A stretch of 64,000 nucleotides of DNA from Naegleria gruberi (taxonomy: Eukaryota): assembly GCA_000004985.1 (NCBI GenBank), contig GG738909.1; one strand, written 5' to 3'. Positions 46,625 to 59,207 of the stretch are shown piece by piece. Both the position numbers and the translations under genes were made by a program. The notes under the pieces were generated by a model. The model saw only the letters and a list, made by a program, of their open reading frames with translations, did not search any database and was not told the DNA's origin. Position 1 is the stretch's first letter, and every line of letters begins with the position of its first letter.

Positions 46625-47019
46625 ATAAAATGTAAAATTTCCAAAACAAGGACTTGCTTTTATTGAAATTATTCTCGATTATATTATCATTAATGATATC
46701 TTGTTGCAACATGTTGATGATTATTTAAGTGTGTGCCAAATGTTAATCAAATGTTCTTGTTGAAAGGTGTGAGGAAAATTGTAAAGTGAAATGCAAAAAC
46801 AATTAAAATAATTTATTGTGTTGATGAGATTCATTAAATAAATAATATTTGAGGGGTTTCTATACAAAAGGAAAAGGCACTCGAGTTATAAATTACAGTT
46901 AGTTCTTATTCTTCACAATCATTCTCATGTTTGCGAAAGAATGTTTTGAAAAAGATCAAAAATCTTCAAAGAGTTTTCGACCCTTGATCAAAGATTAGCG
47001 CACATTAAAGATAATCTGA

Positions 47020-47196
47020 TTAACAATTCTTGTGACTTCTTTCTTCCTTGGTAGCCTTTTCTTCTCTTTGGAAATGATCTTCACCATAGGCCATCTTGTA
47101 TGCATCAGAGATGGTTTTAACTTGTCCTCTCATCTTATCGTAGACTTGTTCAATGCTTTCTTGATTCTTGTTGGTTTGAGCAGCTGAGGAGTTCAT
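47020..47196 (-). CDS. Small hydrophilic 58-aa protein with highly biased (C/G-ending) codon usage, consistent with a highly expressed or stress-type gene; identity unknown
   Basis: Minus-strand ORF MNSSAAQTNKNQESIEQVYDKMRGQVKTISDAYKMAYGEDHFQREEKATKEERSHKNC*. It falls below the 60-aa track cut-off. Preferred codons are tac/gac/acc/aag/atc/tcc, unlike the surrounding genes. An AT-rich 5' flank with a distinctive CGCG palindrome lies about 100 bp upstream. Confidence 0.45.
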   Translation of the reverse strand: MNSSAAQTNKNQESIEQVYDKMRGQVKTISDAYKMAYGEDHFQREEKATKEERSHKNC

Positions 47197-47294
47197 TCTT
47201 AATGTTGTAGTTTGTTGTTGTAGTTTTTTTTTGTGTTTTGTAGTGGCTTGTATTCGTGCATTTCTCGCTTTTATACCATCTCGGTAATTTTCCT

Positions 47295-47318
47295 AACGCG
47301 AATTAGGATTTTCGCGTT
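47295..47318. promoter_or_regulatory. Perfect palindrome AACGCGAA-N8-TTCGCGTT upstream of the small 58-aa gene; candidate transcription-factor site
   Basis: 8-bp inverted arms with an 8-bp spacer (aacgcgaattaggattttcgcgtt), about 100-120 bp 5' of the minus-strand ATG at 47196. CG dinucleotides are rare in this sequence. Confidence 0.35.
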
Positions 47319-47952
47319 TTTTAATTATTTGCTGCGGCCACAAGGATCATAAGGTCCCTCCTTTCATAATGTATAGAGAGTTTACAATGTTTCGTACAGT
47401 TTGTGAAGTATATTGAATAGATAGATGCAGTTGTTATATTAATAGTAAGGAGAATGAAGGAAAATTTTGAGGTATTTTTAATGATAATGTGGTGATGAGA
47501 GTAATGTCATTGCAATCAATAAGAAGAAACAAAAATCTTATTTAATCAAAATTTGTTTCTTCCAGCTCAAATAATATTCGAATATTTCACGTGAACCAAC
47601 CCCGTACAATAATTCATCAGCACCCCATGACCTCAGAAGTATTGGCGCCAAAAAAGCTACAACTTTTAGAATGTTTATCGCGCAGCTTGTAAAGTTAATC
47701 TCATTCAATTCTATAAGGCTCGATCAAGCACAAGCCCTTAAAAAGAACTGTTTCTTGTTGAAAAACATCCCGCGCTCATTTTCTACAGTCATCATTAAAT
47801 TAAATTAAAAAAATAATATCATGATGAAGCTCATCAGATAAAAAAGTACTCACGCGTAGCATTGGACGTCCTGAAAAAAGGTATTCTTAATGAGTTTGCT
47901 CAATAACTAATATTAAACAACATATGAACCTTTATTAACAATAATAAACAAA

Positions 47953-49066
47953 ATGCGCACGCAATATCTCATCTTGTTTTCAATCCTCTCACTTTTCCTT
48001 GCCTTGTTCTTCTATCAACAAGTACAAGAATCAAAAAAAACAACATCATCACTCGATTTTAAACAAGGAATGTCTTCAGCAACAACTTCTGGAAGAGGAT
48101 TAAAAGCCATTGTAGTAGGATCAACAGGTTTGGTCGGAAAGAACGTTGTCAGAGTCTTGTCTCAACAAAATCCTCAAGAATATGCCAAGATTGTGGCCAT
48201 TTCGAGAAGAAAGGACAATCCATTCAATTATGAAACAAGTGTTCCTATTGAACATATTACATTGGATAGTTTGGATAATTTGGATCAAATTTCTGATGTT
48301 TTTAATGAAGTAGAGTAAGTTTTTAGACGAATCATCATGAAATTAATATTTAAATAATCAATTTATTATAATTAATCAATTGATTGCTATTATCATGTAA
48401 TATTCGGAAATTATATTTATTTGGAATATAAACAGTGAAGCATATTGTTGCTTGGGAACAACTATCAAAAGAGTTGGAAATGATAAGCAAAAGTTTAGAC
48501 ACGTTGATTTTGATTATCCAGATTCATTTGCTAATTTGGTTTACAAATCATTCACCAATGCTGCTCAGAACACTTCCGAGAATTTGAAACAATTCTTCCT
48601 TGTCACTTCTACAGGAGCTGATAGCAGTTCAATGTTTTTCTACAATCAAGTGAAGGGAGATATTGAAAAGTCGGTTGCTCAAAAGCAATTGGATTATCAA
48701 CAATTTACTCAAGGAAAATCACTCAATCAATCTTCTTACTGTCACATTATCAAACCAGGTTTATTAATTGGAGAACGTGAAAATGATGAAAGATTTGGAG
48801 AAAAGGTTGCTCAAAATTTGAATAATTTATTATCGTGGGCACTTCCAAGAAGTGTGAGTGGAATTAAGGGAGAGGAAGTTGCCAAAGCAATGCTTCAAAT
48901 TGCTGCCACAACAAGACAACAAAAATTGGATCTTTTGAAGGAAAGAGATTCTCATTCATCTGTTGGAGGAGTGGATCAAGCAACTCGTTTCACAAATCGA
49001 ATCTTTGCTCATGGAAATGCAAATCTCAAAGATTATTCAGATGAGTATGATCTTACTCGTAAATAA
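47953..49066 (+). CDS. HTATIP2/TIP30-like NAD(P)-binding oxidoreductase. Two exons: 47953..48314 and 48436..49066.
   Basis: Rossmann motif AIVVGSTGLVGKNVVRVL. After the GTAAGT...AACAG intron: (D)EAYCCLGTTIKRVGNDKQKFRHVDFDY...FFLVTSTGADSSSMFFYNQVKGDIEKSV, collinear with human TIP30 ([23 protein letters not shown]...[28 protein letters not shown]). Confidence 0.75.
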
Positions 49067-49173
49067 TTGATCTATATATTTCTATATATATTTATTTTCA
49101 AAATATCAAGTTGTTATTATGTACATTAAAGTTTGTGTGTAAATATTACAAGTAGAGAGAGTTTTCAAAAATT

Positions 49174-50301
49174 CTACTTTTTCTTTTCTTTTTGGGATTC
49201 AAAGAACTTTTGAGCATGTGAAGCGACTTGAGTTCTTGTTCTATATCAAGTAGTAGTATTGGAAATTATTATAGAAATTAGAATAAAACATTCGAATTAA
49301 ACTTACCTGGTTTTGACATACTTTTCAGCAATTTCTCTCCATCTCCCTTTTCCACATTCGTTCAATCCTCTGACGAAATCTTCATGTTCCTGATCTGTCC
49401 AAGATCCATCATTGATTCCAATTTGTTGATGTTCAGAATTTACAAATTTGATTTTCGAACTGTCAGACGAAATTGAAAAATTCATAAATTGGAATGAAGA
49501 TGCAGAACTAGAAGTGGAATTTGGTGATTTCCTTGAAGTGCCACTATTTCTTTTCACCAATTTTGGACTATTCGTTATTGGTGAGCTAGATTCTGAACTT
49601 TCGTCATGTTTCCTCTTTTTCTTTCCATTATTTTCAGATGCATTTGAAGAATTTGAAGCTGTCGTTGCCACACTTGGAGTGAAACTCAATGGCGATGTTC
49701 TATTTGGACTAATTATTGGTTTAAAAGTTGCTGGTGATGTTGCAGAAAGATTACTTGTCGTAGTTGACCATTTGTTTTGAAATATTGGAATAGGTTGAGT
49801 AATTGTATTTGGACTATTAGGTTGGATTTTCAAATTAGATTCGTCCCATTTCCTTGTATTGGAATAATTATCAGAGGCAATGTCAGTTGACTTCCACATC
49901 CCATTTATGTATGCATGTTGCTGTTGTAAGAAAGTGGACGAATGATTAAATCGCTGCTCCTCTATGAGAGGACTTGTTGAAATGTTATGGTTGTTGTTAC
50001 TGGAAGGTAATGTTGTAGAAGAAGTGCATGTGTATGAAGTAACTTGTTGGTTATTCGAATGTTGTTGACTATTCGAAAGTAGATGGTGATGAGTATTATT
50101 ATTGAGAGAAGTATTATTGTTGTTATTGTATGATTTGAACCCTACAACAGTAGAATTTTGAACAGTATTTTGATTATTAGAAACATCAGTATTGACTTTT
50201 AACTGTTCCAATTCCTTGACAGATGGCAGAATCACTTTCTCTGGACTATCATTTAAAAGCGAGGCTATCGAAGGTAATTGCATTCTTTGAATTGAGATCA
50301 T
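49174..50301 (-). CDS. SHAQKYF-class Myb-domain transcription factor, paralogue of 10654..12378. Two exons (50301..49307 and 49240..49174), with the intron inside the Myb domain.
   Basis: ...FMNFSISSDSSKIKFVNSEHQQIGINDGSWTDQEHEDFVRGLNECGKGRWREIAEKYVKT-R|GTAAGT (donor at 49306). A 66-nt intron, then acceptor ATATAG| followed by TRTQVASHAQKFFESQKEKKK*. The C-terminal block is about 80% identical to the paralogue. Confidence 0.8.
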
Positions 50302-53104
50302 GAATTATCTTTTCAATGTCAAAAGTCAACAGGCAAAATGTTGTTTGTTATTAATTGTGTAATTCAAGATTATCCACTTACATTGAGAATGATATTATGT
50401 TTCTTTTTTTTGAGTTTTTAATCCTATTATTCACCTTTTCACTCCCTTCAATTTAGTCGCATGGTATTGCGACAGGTGGCAGTTGTGGAAAACAAACCCA
50501 AAAAGTTGAAGAGAAATATCCTCTGCCTCATGTGTTGGTGATAAGGAAATTTGGAAATTTAAAAATGTTTGACCACAAATGATGCAAAAACACAACACAA
50601 AAAATGAAGAATCCAAACGAAACTGGAGGAAACCAAATGAAACAGATGGACAATTTATCTTGATGTGTTTATGGAACATGTGTCCAAATAAATCTGAGGA
50701 TTATACACCTATTATCATTGTAAACATTCGTAACCCTCAAATTTGCGCTATGACGCAACGATTGATATTGAACGAATTCTTGCGACTCTTCCATGAATGT
50801 AAAAGGATAGGTAAATTGAGCAGTGATTAACAGATTGAATTAACACTGTGCTGGAATCCTGTAAAATACTTATTAGATTTGTAATTAGGATAACAATTAT
50901 TCGAAAGGTGTTGACCTTCATAAATAGGCATTGACTGCGAGAAGGATAGTGTTGAATCTCTGCAGTAACACAGCTAATTACAGATCTACTGTGTTTCTTA
51001 TGCGTTTGTTGATGGTTTTATTCGAAAGTAAACTAAACAACATTTATTTCGAATAGATAATAACCAATTAATTGTAATAAATGCAATTTTCATGCAAGAG
51101 ATTCTAATCGCCTAATTGTCTCTTTGAATTCCAAATGTTTCTAATACCCTCTTTAAAATCTCAAATTAGTAATCCAACGTTCATCCATAAAAGTGCTCAT
51201 CCACCAATATAGTAACTGTATCTAATAAAAATGGCCTGAAAATGAGAATCGTACATTAAATGCACAATATTTGATATTATTCAATGTAAAATCTTCCTAC
51301 ATTTTGAATGTGCATGATTTTAACGTATTAACTCTTTCAGATTTTTTAGTTTCTTCCAGTAATCCGAATCTTTGTAATACAGATGTGAGTAATTCAATCA
51401 TTCCCATCATACTGATACAGCACGTTTACTTCAAGTTTGACAAGATTTGGGGGAAATGAAATTTTTTTTTTTAAAATTTAAAGTATTTCATCTTTCAATT
51501 TTGATTTGGCAAGTAAACTCAACTCCATTTGAAAAGAATCTGTAACGATAATATTTTATTCAACAAAATGCTAATTTCTCGATGGAATTAAGGTAGTTTT
51601 GAAATCTGACTTCAAATTATGAATCCTCGCATTGACATACCCCTTGGGGTGGCAGCATTCTCAAAAATATGTAGAAATGAGTAAGAACGAGTGGTTAGGT
51701 GTTGTTCTATTGAAATGCTTATTTTGGATTTGACAGCAGAAGAACAACAAAATTTTTTCTAAATAATTTATTTTCTTTCAAAAAACGCGTCAAATTTGAA
51801 GTAAACGTGCTGTACTGTTTATTAATTTATACCGAGTGTATTGTTATCACATCATTTAAATATTCGAAAGGTTTACAGTTTTTTGAGTATGAGGTTGTAC
51901 CAGGACGAAAGCGCACCTTCTAATACCTCATTTGAAATAAGCTTGTGAGGATTTCTGAGATTAGTAACCAAGATGGAAAGAGCAAGCATCAGGGGAAACT
52001 AATTATCAGAAAGGTTTCACATTACATTCTTGATTAACGTGAACTTCTTACACACAAAAAGGATAAAACTTTCATTTGGAAAGTGTTTATCTTCCTTTAA
52101 GACATGGGTAATTTCCATATTATTTTAAAGTTTACAGTTAATTGAATTTGAGATTTTCATCAATATGCATCGACATGCCAAAGTTAAACAAACAACATTG
52201 GTAAATGTTCTTAATGAAATTGAGTTTTGTCAATTCAACACATTGTTGATGGTTCTAATGATTGTAAAATAACAAAATTAAATAGCAGTAGCACCTTGAT
52301 ACCAATATTTTAATTCTAAATGTTGTGTATGTCAAGTTAACGCTGTTTGGAGCTTGGTATTTGACAGGAGTCAATTTACCATCATGAAAATCTAGGTGGA
52401 TTGGAACAGATTGCTGACAGAAGTTACTGAGCCATATTCGAAAGAAAGGGATTTGATGTTTATTACTGCAGAGGCTACAAATAATGTTGATTCTTACTTT
52501 CCAACATTTAACTTTCAAGAGGGATATATTAGATGATAAAAGTCAATAGAACAGTATCCAAATTATGATGAGACTTTCCATCTGGTGGGAGTAATCCATG
52601 AAATTGGAGAACTTTGCAAGACTTTAGAAGATTGTACTTCAAGCCAATCTTTAAGACCAAAATGTGGATAAATACGATTCTTGCTTGGCTGTCTGGTTAT
52701 TGTTGGTTGTTCATTCAACAACTAGCCTTTAAAGATTGAAAATTTCCCACTGGAAAACTATTAAAATAAAATTAAATTCAAACAATTAATTCACCATCCC
52801 GAAAATTTGATGACCCTTGACGTCTCATTTTTTTGATAATGTAATTTGCCTTACTCTATTAAACTTTGATGAAATCACATCCAAGAAAAACCGTTAGCTT
52901 AGCTCTTAGTTTCAGACTCGTAACATGAGCGAGCCAAATAAGTACCACCTACCAAGAAAAAAAATTTTGTAAATTTTTTTTTAAATTTCTTCAACGCTAA
53001 AAAATACATCAAAACTCTACGCGGCTCGTTGTATTGCTGTTTTGTGGTAAAAGAAAGATCATCTCTGTGTTGTTACACTCTTTACATATAAAATACACAC
53101 GAAA

Positions 53105-56100
53105 ATGGATATGCGTGGATTGTCAGTGTTCATTTCCGACATTAGAAAATGTTAGTATATTGTTTTTTTGTTGGTTTTTTAACTGGCTTTTGGATATGAT
53201 GTTTTTGTTGTTGTTGTTTAAATATTCTTGTCATTATTAATTATAATCGATCCTGATCGTATTGTTGTATTATAATTACTTCCTTTTCAACAATACCAAT
53301 ACGATATTTAACAATGATTTAACTTGTGGATTATACACTCAACAATAATAATACAATAACAAAATAATAACAACAACAAATACTTGCGCGATGATACAAT
53401 AATTGCTCGCTGCTCTATCCAACACCTCTATTGTTGGTCGTCATCGATAATAACAACAACAAAATTTTTATTAATATTACACAATAATTAACAGCAACTA
53501 CAAAGGAAGAAGAACAATCTAAAGTAGAAAAAGAATTAGCCAAGATCAGAGGTAAATTCAAGAATGGTGGAGCTCTTAAAGGATATGATCGTAAGAAGTA
53601 TATCTGTAAATTGCTCTATATTTACATGCTTGGTTATGAAATTGAATTTGGTCACATTGAAGCCGTCAATTTGTTGGCTTCACCAAATTACTCTGAAAAA
53701 CATATGGGTTATCTTGCTTGTTCATTGTTGTTGAACGAAAATCACGAAATGGTTACACTTATTACCCAATGTATGAAGAATGATTTGAATAGCAAAAATC
53801 CAAATGATCAATGTTTGGCACTTACAGCTATTGCCAACATTGGTGGTAAGGAACAAGCTGAAGCTCTTGCTCACGACGTACAAAAATTGCTCATCTCCAA
53901 CGAAACCAAATTGACTGTCAGAAAAAAGGCTGCTCTTACTCTCTTGAATTTGCATAGAAAATACCCAGAAAGTTTGCCTCCAGATTCTTGGTCCGAAAAG
54001 GTTATTGCTCTTATCAATGGTAGAGATCTTGGTGTTATTACCAGTGTTATGAGTTTAATTTTGGGACTTGCCGAAAAGAATCCAGAAGCTTATCAAGATG
54101 CAGTTTCAAAGACTGCTCGTTTATTGATGAAGTTGGTTTTGAACAGAGAATATTCTACATCATATTTGTACTACAAGATTGCTGCCCCATGGTTGCAAGT
54201 TAAAGCTTTCCAATTACTCCAATACTACCCAGTTCCAGAAGATAAGGCCATCTATGACTCTATCATCCAAGCTATTGAAAAAGTTATTCAAATTGCTAAG
54301 AAATCAAAGGAAACTACATCAAAGAGTGTGAGTCAAATTAATGCTGCTCACAGTGTTCTCTTCGAAGCAATGAATCTTGCTATTCACTACGATTCATCAA
54401 AGACAATCTTGGTGACAGCTTGTTCCATGTTAACTAAATATTTGAAGGATAGAGAAACTAACTTGCGTTATCTTGCTCTTGATACTCTCTCACGTATGGC
54501 TTACTCTCAATTCGATGAAGTTTTGGCTACTATCAGAAAGGAACAAGATACCATTTTACTTGCTTTGAAGGATCCTGATATCAGTATTAGAAGAAGAGCT
54601 CTCGATTTGTTGTACAGTATGTGTAACAGAGATAATGCTGGTGAAATTGTTGGTGAATTGCTCAACTATTTGCCACTTTCCGACTATGCTATCAGAGAAG
54701 AATTGGTTTTGAAGATTGCCATTCTTGCTGAAAAGTTCTCTGTTGATCTCACTTGGTATGTCGATGTTGTTCTCAATTTGATTTCCCAAGCTGGTGACTT
54801 TGTTGCTGATGATATTTGGCACAGAGTTATCCAAATCGTCACAAACAAGGGTGAAGAATTACAAAAGTACACTGCTCAAACTGTTTTCAGTGCTGTTTCT
54901 TCTCCAGCTGCTCATGAAACTTGTGTCAAGATTTCTGGTTACATTTTCGGTGAATTTGGTGACTTGATTGCTGATAATCCTCAAACTGATGCTTTTTCTC
55001 AATATGAATTGATCTTGTCCAAGTTCAACTTGTGTTCAACCACTACTAAGTGTCATTTGTTCAACTCTTTGATGAAGTTGTACAATTTGTATCCTGATAA
55101 CCAAGGACTCCGTGATAATATTAAGGATGTTTTCGAAAAGCACACCAATTCTTTCGATGCTGAATTGCAACAAAGATCTGCTGAATATTTGGCTCTCATC
55201 AATACTGGTGATGAAGATCTTATTCAAGCTGTCATGGATAACATGCCAATGTATCCAGAACGTGACTCTCAAGTCATTAAGAGATTGATGGAAAAAGAAG
55301 CTGCCAAGAAGCGTGGTGCTACTGGTACAGGAAGAGAAAACAACGAAGACGAAGAAGAAGAAAATCCAGATTTGGATGTTCAAGTACCTGAAACCAAACA
55401 AGGTGGAAATGATTTGTTGGATATGCTCGATATGGGTGGTTCTTCAAATAACAATAATGCTGGAGGATATAGTATGGATGACATTTTGGGAGGATTTGGT
55501 GGACCAGTTTCTCAACCACAACCAACTAATAATGGAGGAGGTTTGAGCATGGACGATATTTTGGGAGGATTTGGTGGACCAGTTACTCAACCACCTGTTC
55601 AACAACCACCACAAAACAATGTTGGTGATTTCTTTGGAGGAGGTGTTAACATTGCTGCTCAAGCTGCCAACATGGGTAAGCAAAAGAAGGAACAAAGAGA
55701 TACTACCGGATTCAACTTTGATGATGTTGTAGTTGCTAACAGAGATAATGCTCTTGAACAAAACGAACAAGTCCATCAAGACGCTGCTGTTAAGCATCAA
55801 GTTTTGCTCAAGTCTAACGAAGGTGTTGCCATTGAAGACGAACATTTGCAAGTCAAGATTAAGACTGAATATCACGGATGTAAGGGTAGACTTATTCTCC
55901 TCTATGGTAACAAGACTACTAATCCATTGACTCAATTCAAGGTTCACATTCTCGTTCCAAAGGAATTGGAAGCTCAAATTTCCAAGGTTCCACCAATGAT
56001 TTCACCAAAGACTCAAGTCCAACAATACGTTGACTTGGTTGCTAAGGGCCCATTCAGCCAATTGACTGATTTGGATTTGTACTTTGAAGCTAATCGTAGA

Positions 56101-56502
56101 TATTACAGATTCAACATCAAGTTGCCAATCGTTCCACACAAGTTTGTTGAACCATTGGTCATCCAAGGTGCTGAAAACTTCTTTAAACAATGGCACGCAA
56201 TTGGAAAGGAACAAGAAGTCCAAAAGATTTTCCCATGCACTCCTGTATATTCTGATGTAAATGCCTGTGCTAAGGTTTTGTCTGAAGGTTTCCGTTTGGC
56301 CATTTTGACTGGTATTGACAATCCAAGTAATATTGTTGCTGCTGGTTCTTTCTTCTATGATCCTGTTGGTAAGGTTAACGTTTTATTACGTCTTGAATAC
56401 AATGCTCCAAAGCAAGCTTACAGATTAACTGTCAAGGCTCAAGATGCCACTATTGCTCAACAAGTTTTCAATTACATCTTACAAGAACTCACCTCCCAAT
56501 AA
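53105..56502 (+). CDS. ap2a1: AP-2 complex subunit alpha (alpha-adaptin). Two exons: 53105..53150 and 53495..56502.
   Basis: Exon 1 is MDMRGLSVFISDIRK, followed by donor GTTAGT, a 344-nt intron and acceptor TTAACAG|. Exon 2 begins STTKEEEQSKVEKELAKIRGKFKNGGALKGYDRKKYICKLLYIYMLGYEIEFGHIEAVNLL, collinear with human AP2A ([55 protein letters not shown]). HEAT/ARM trunk, G/Q/P-rich hinge, C-terminal appendage. Confidence 0.85.
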
Positions 56503-56677
56503 TTTAAATAAACCTAATTTATTTACTTCGTGTAAAAATGATTAATCTATTATTTGAGCTAGCTCCAATTAGACATTTGCAGCCTATTTATTGGAGAGAT
56601 TCTCAACTTTGTTCATAACATTTACTCCAAAGTATTATTTGGAGATAGGTAGGCTTCATAACAGAGCTCAAAATAAA

Positions 56678-59181
56678 TTACTCCAAAGTATTATTTGGAG
56701 ATAGGTAGGCTTCTTGATTGATTGTCAAGGTAATATTATCATTGTTTCTTGTTGGTGTTTTGGGTTCATTCAATGTTTCAAGATTTGCAGAATTTTTCTT
56801 TTGTAAAATGTTTAAACTTGTTCTCAACATGTCAGTGAAGGATGGAACAAGAGCTGGAGTGTGATGTTTCTCATGCAACATGTAAGCAATACATTCACCT
56901 TTTCCTTTCACATTTAAATGTCTTTCTTCAAAAGTGAAACCCAAATCATAAACTCTTTCGTAGGTTGATCTGGAAATTTGAATTCTTCCTGGAATTGAAT
57001 TAGATTCCATTCTTGAAGCTGTATTAATTGTATCTCCCCATAAATCCTATTTAATTAAATATTAAGATGAAGTATTGAAAATGTACATGTTAAAATGTTA
57101 AAATGTTGAAATTAAAAACATACATATGCAAATTTCTTCCTCCCAATAACACCTGCAATAACACTTCCAGTATTAATACCAACACGAATATTAATTTGTT
57201 CAGATGGATGTTTTCCTGATTTTGAATTAAATCTTTGTAAAACATCAAATGTATCAATGGAAAATCTCAAAATTCTTTCAGGATGATCTGATTGTGCATT
57301 CAATCCATGTAATCCACCCACACAAAAATATGAATCTCCAATCGTTTTAATCTTTTCCAAATTATACTTGTCTGTCAAATCATCAAATCCAATTACAATT
57401 TCATTCAACATTTGAACCAATTCAGATGCTTGAATTCCAGTACTCAATTTTGTAAATCCCACCATGTCACTAAAAAAACATGAAACATCATTGAATTTCT
57501 CTGCAATATAAGTTTCTCCTGATTTCAATTTACTTGCTACTGCACTTGGTAAAATATTCAATAATAATTCTTCAGAATGTTTCTTTTCTTCTGTCAATAA
57601 TGAATTATGTTTCTTCTCTGTTGTAATATCCTTAATGAAACAAGTTACAACACTTTGAGAATTGTGAAGAGTGGCAAAAATATTGACACGTGATGGGAAG
57701 CTTGTTTGATTCTTTCTGATACATTCCAATTCAATAGAATCTCCTTTCGAATCACCTCTTGCTGCATTCACCAACATTTCATCAATGAGGTTTTTAATTT
57801 TCGATTGCTCATTCTTTTCAAATAATTGATACAATGATCTTCCAATCGTTTCTGTTTGATTGTATCCAAATATCTTTTGAGCTGCTGGATTGAATATTTC
57901 AATATCAACCTTCTCTCCACTGCACATCACTGCTCCATCTACAGATGCATTCAAAATGCTTCGAACTTTTGAGTCACCTTCCCCTAAATTTGACTTCTTT
58001 TTGAGGAGGGAAGACAATGTATTTGGAATATGGTGATGTACAATGTAATTCTTGATATTTTCATTAGAATCCATTAACTCAATTGATAAATAGTTAAAAA
58101 GAAGACGAAGTTGTTGGACAGAGTTGGCATGTTGATGTAAGGACCAACGAATGGCAAGTGAAATGGAGATAATTGCAATAAATCCAACGAAACTGAATGC
58201 GTAGACAAGTTCTTCATCAGTTATGGCAGCATCTTTTGAAAAAACAGTAGAAAAATCAATCAATTGATCTGAAATGGCTCTGGAAAGATGGAAATGTTTA
58301 ACAAACGTTTCGAACAGCTTCAAGTTATTAATTTTTCCGTTTTCATCCATTAGCTCCATTATTTCATTGGAAATTGTGACGAAATTTGTAATCATATCAT
58401 CAATTCCCATAACGCACGAATGATTACCATCTTCTTTAAACATGTCAGTCAATGTACAATTTTCCTGACCTGCCACGAGTAAATTTACATCATCAAATTT
58501 TCCAAGTATGGTATTTTCTGGATTCTCTCCAATGGATGTTCCATAAATACATAAATTCCAATGGTTTTTCAAGTCACTTGATTTTTCAGTAACATAATGC
58601 TTTGGATTGGATGTAAAATTGTATAAATTAGAAACTCTGAAGAAAGCATCATTGTTGGAGCGAAATCCAGATATAATATACTTCTCAGTGATAAAATTAC
58701 TCAAATATTGAATATCTTCAAAAGTTTGGAATGATTCTTTCATAATAACATAGGATCCGTAACATTGATTCACATTTTGTAAAGTTTCCAATAAGAATAG
58801 CCCACAACAAACTGAAACAATTAGAGAGAGAATAAGAGCCAATACAACTACAACACTCCTTGGATATTTCCAAACACTCTTGACTGGATGAGTTGATGTA
58901 TCATCATTGACTACCTTACTCAATTCATGGAATAATCTTCCTGCATCATTTTTTGAAACATTCTTCTCAATGAGAAGAACTATCTTTGTTATAACAGATA
59001 GATCTAACTTAGAGTAGAATACATAAAGAGATGTATAGAGGAAGTAGACTGTCACAATGATGGAAAAGTAAATGATAAAAGTATTAGTAATTAGTTGAGT
59101 TTCATCCTTTGAACTGGAAACAAAATTCACACAAAAATCAGAATAGGCAGTAACCATTCTCTCGGAATTAAAGTACTGCAC
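56678..59181 (-). CDS. ACG-like sensor nucleotidyl cyclase. Layout: TM, extracellular domain of about 230 aa (CHASE-like), TM, PAS-like region, class III adenylyl/guanylyl cyclase catalytic domain. Last intron 57123..57047. Probably continuous with the 59208..62087 ORF through a 41-nt intron.
   Basis: Cyclase motifs FSDMVGFTKLS, KIKTIGDSYFCVGGL, INIRVGINTGSVIAGVIGRKKFAY|GTATGT..AAATAG|DLWGDTINTASRMES. PAS-like IFNPAAQKIFGYNQTETIGRSLYQLF. Two TM helices flank a Cys-containing extracellular segment of about 230 aa. Confidence 0.75.
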
Positions 59182-59207
59182 ATGATTAGAATAAAACTCT
59201 AGAACAA

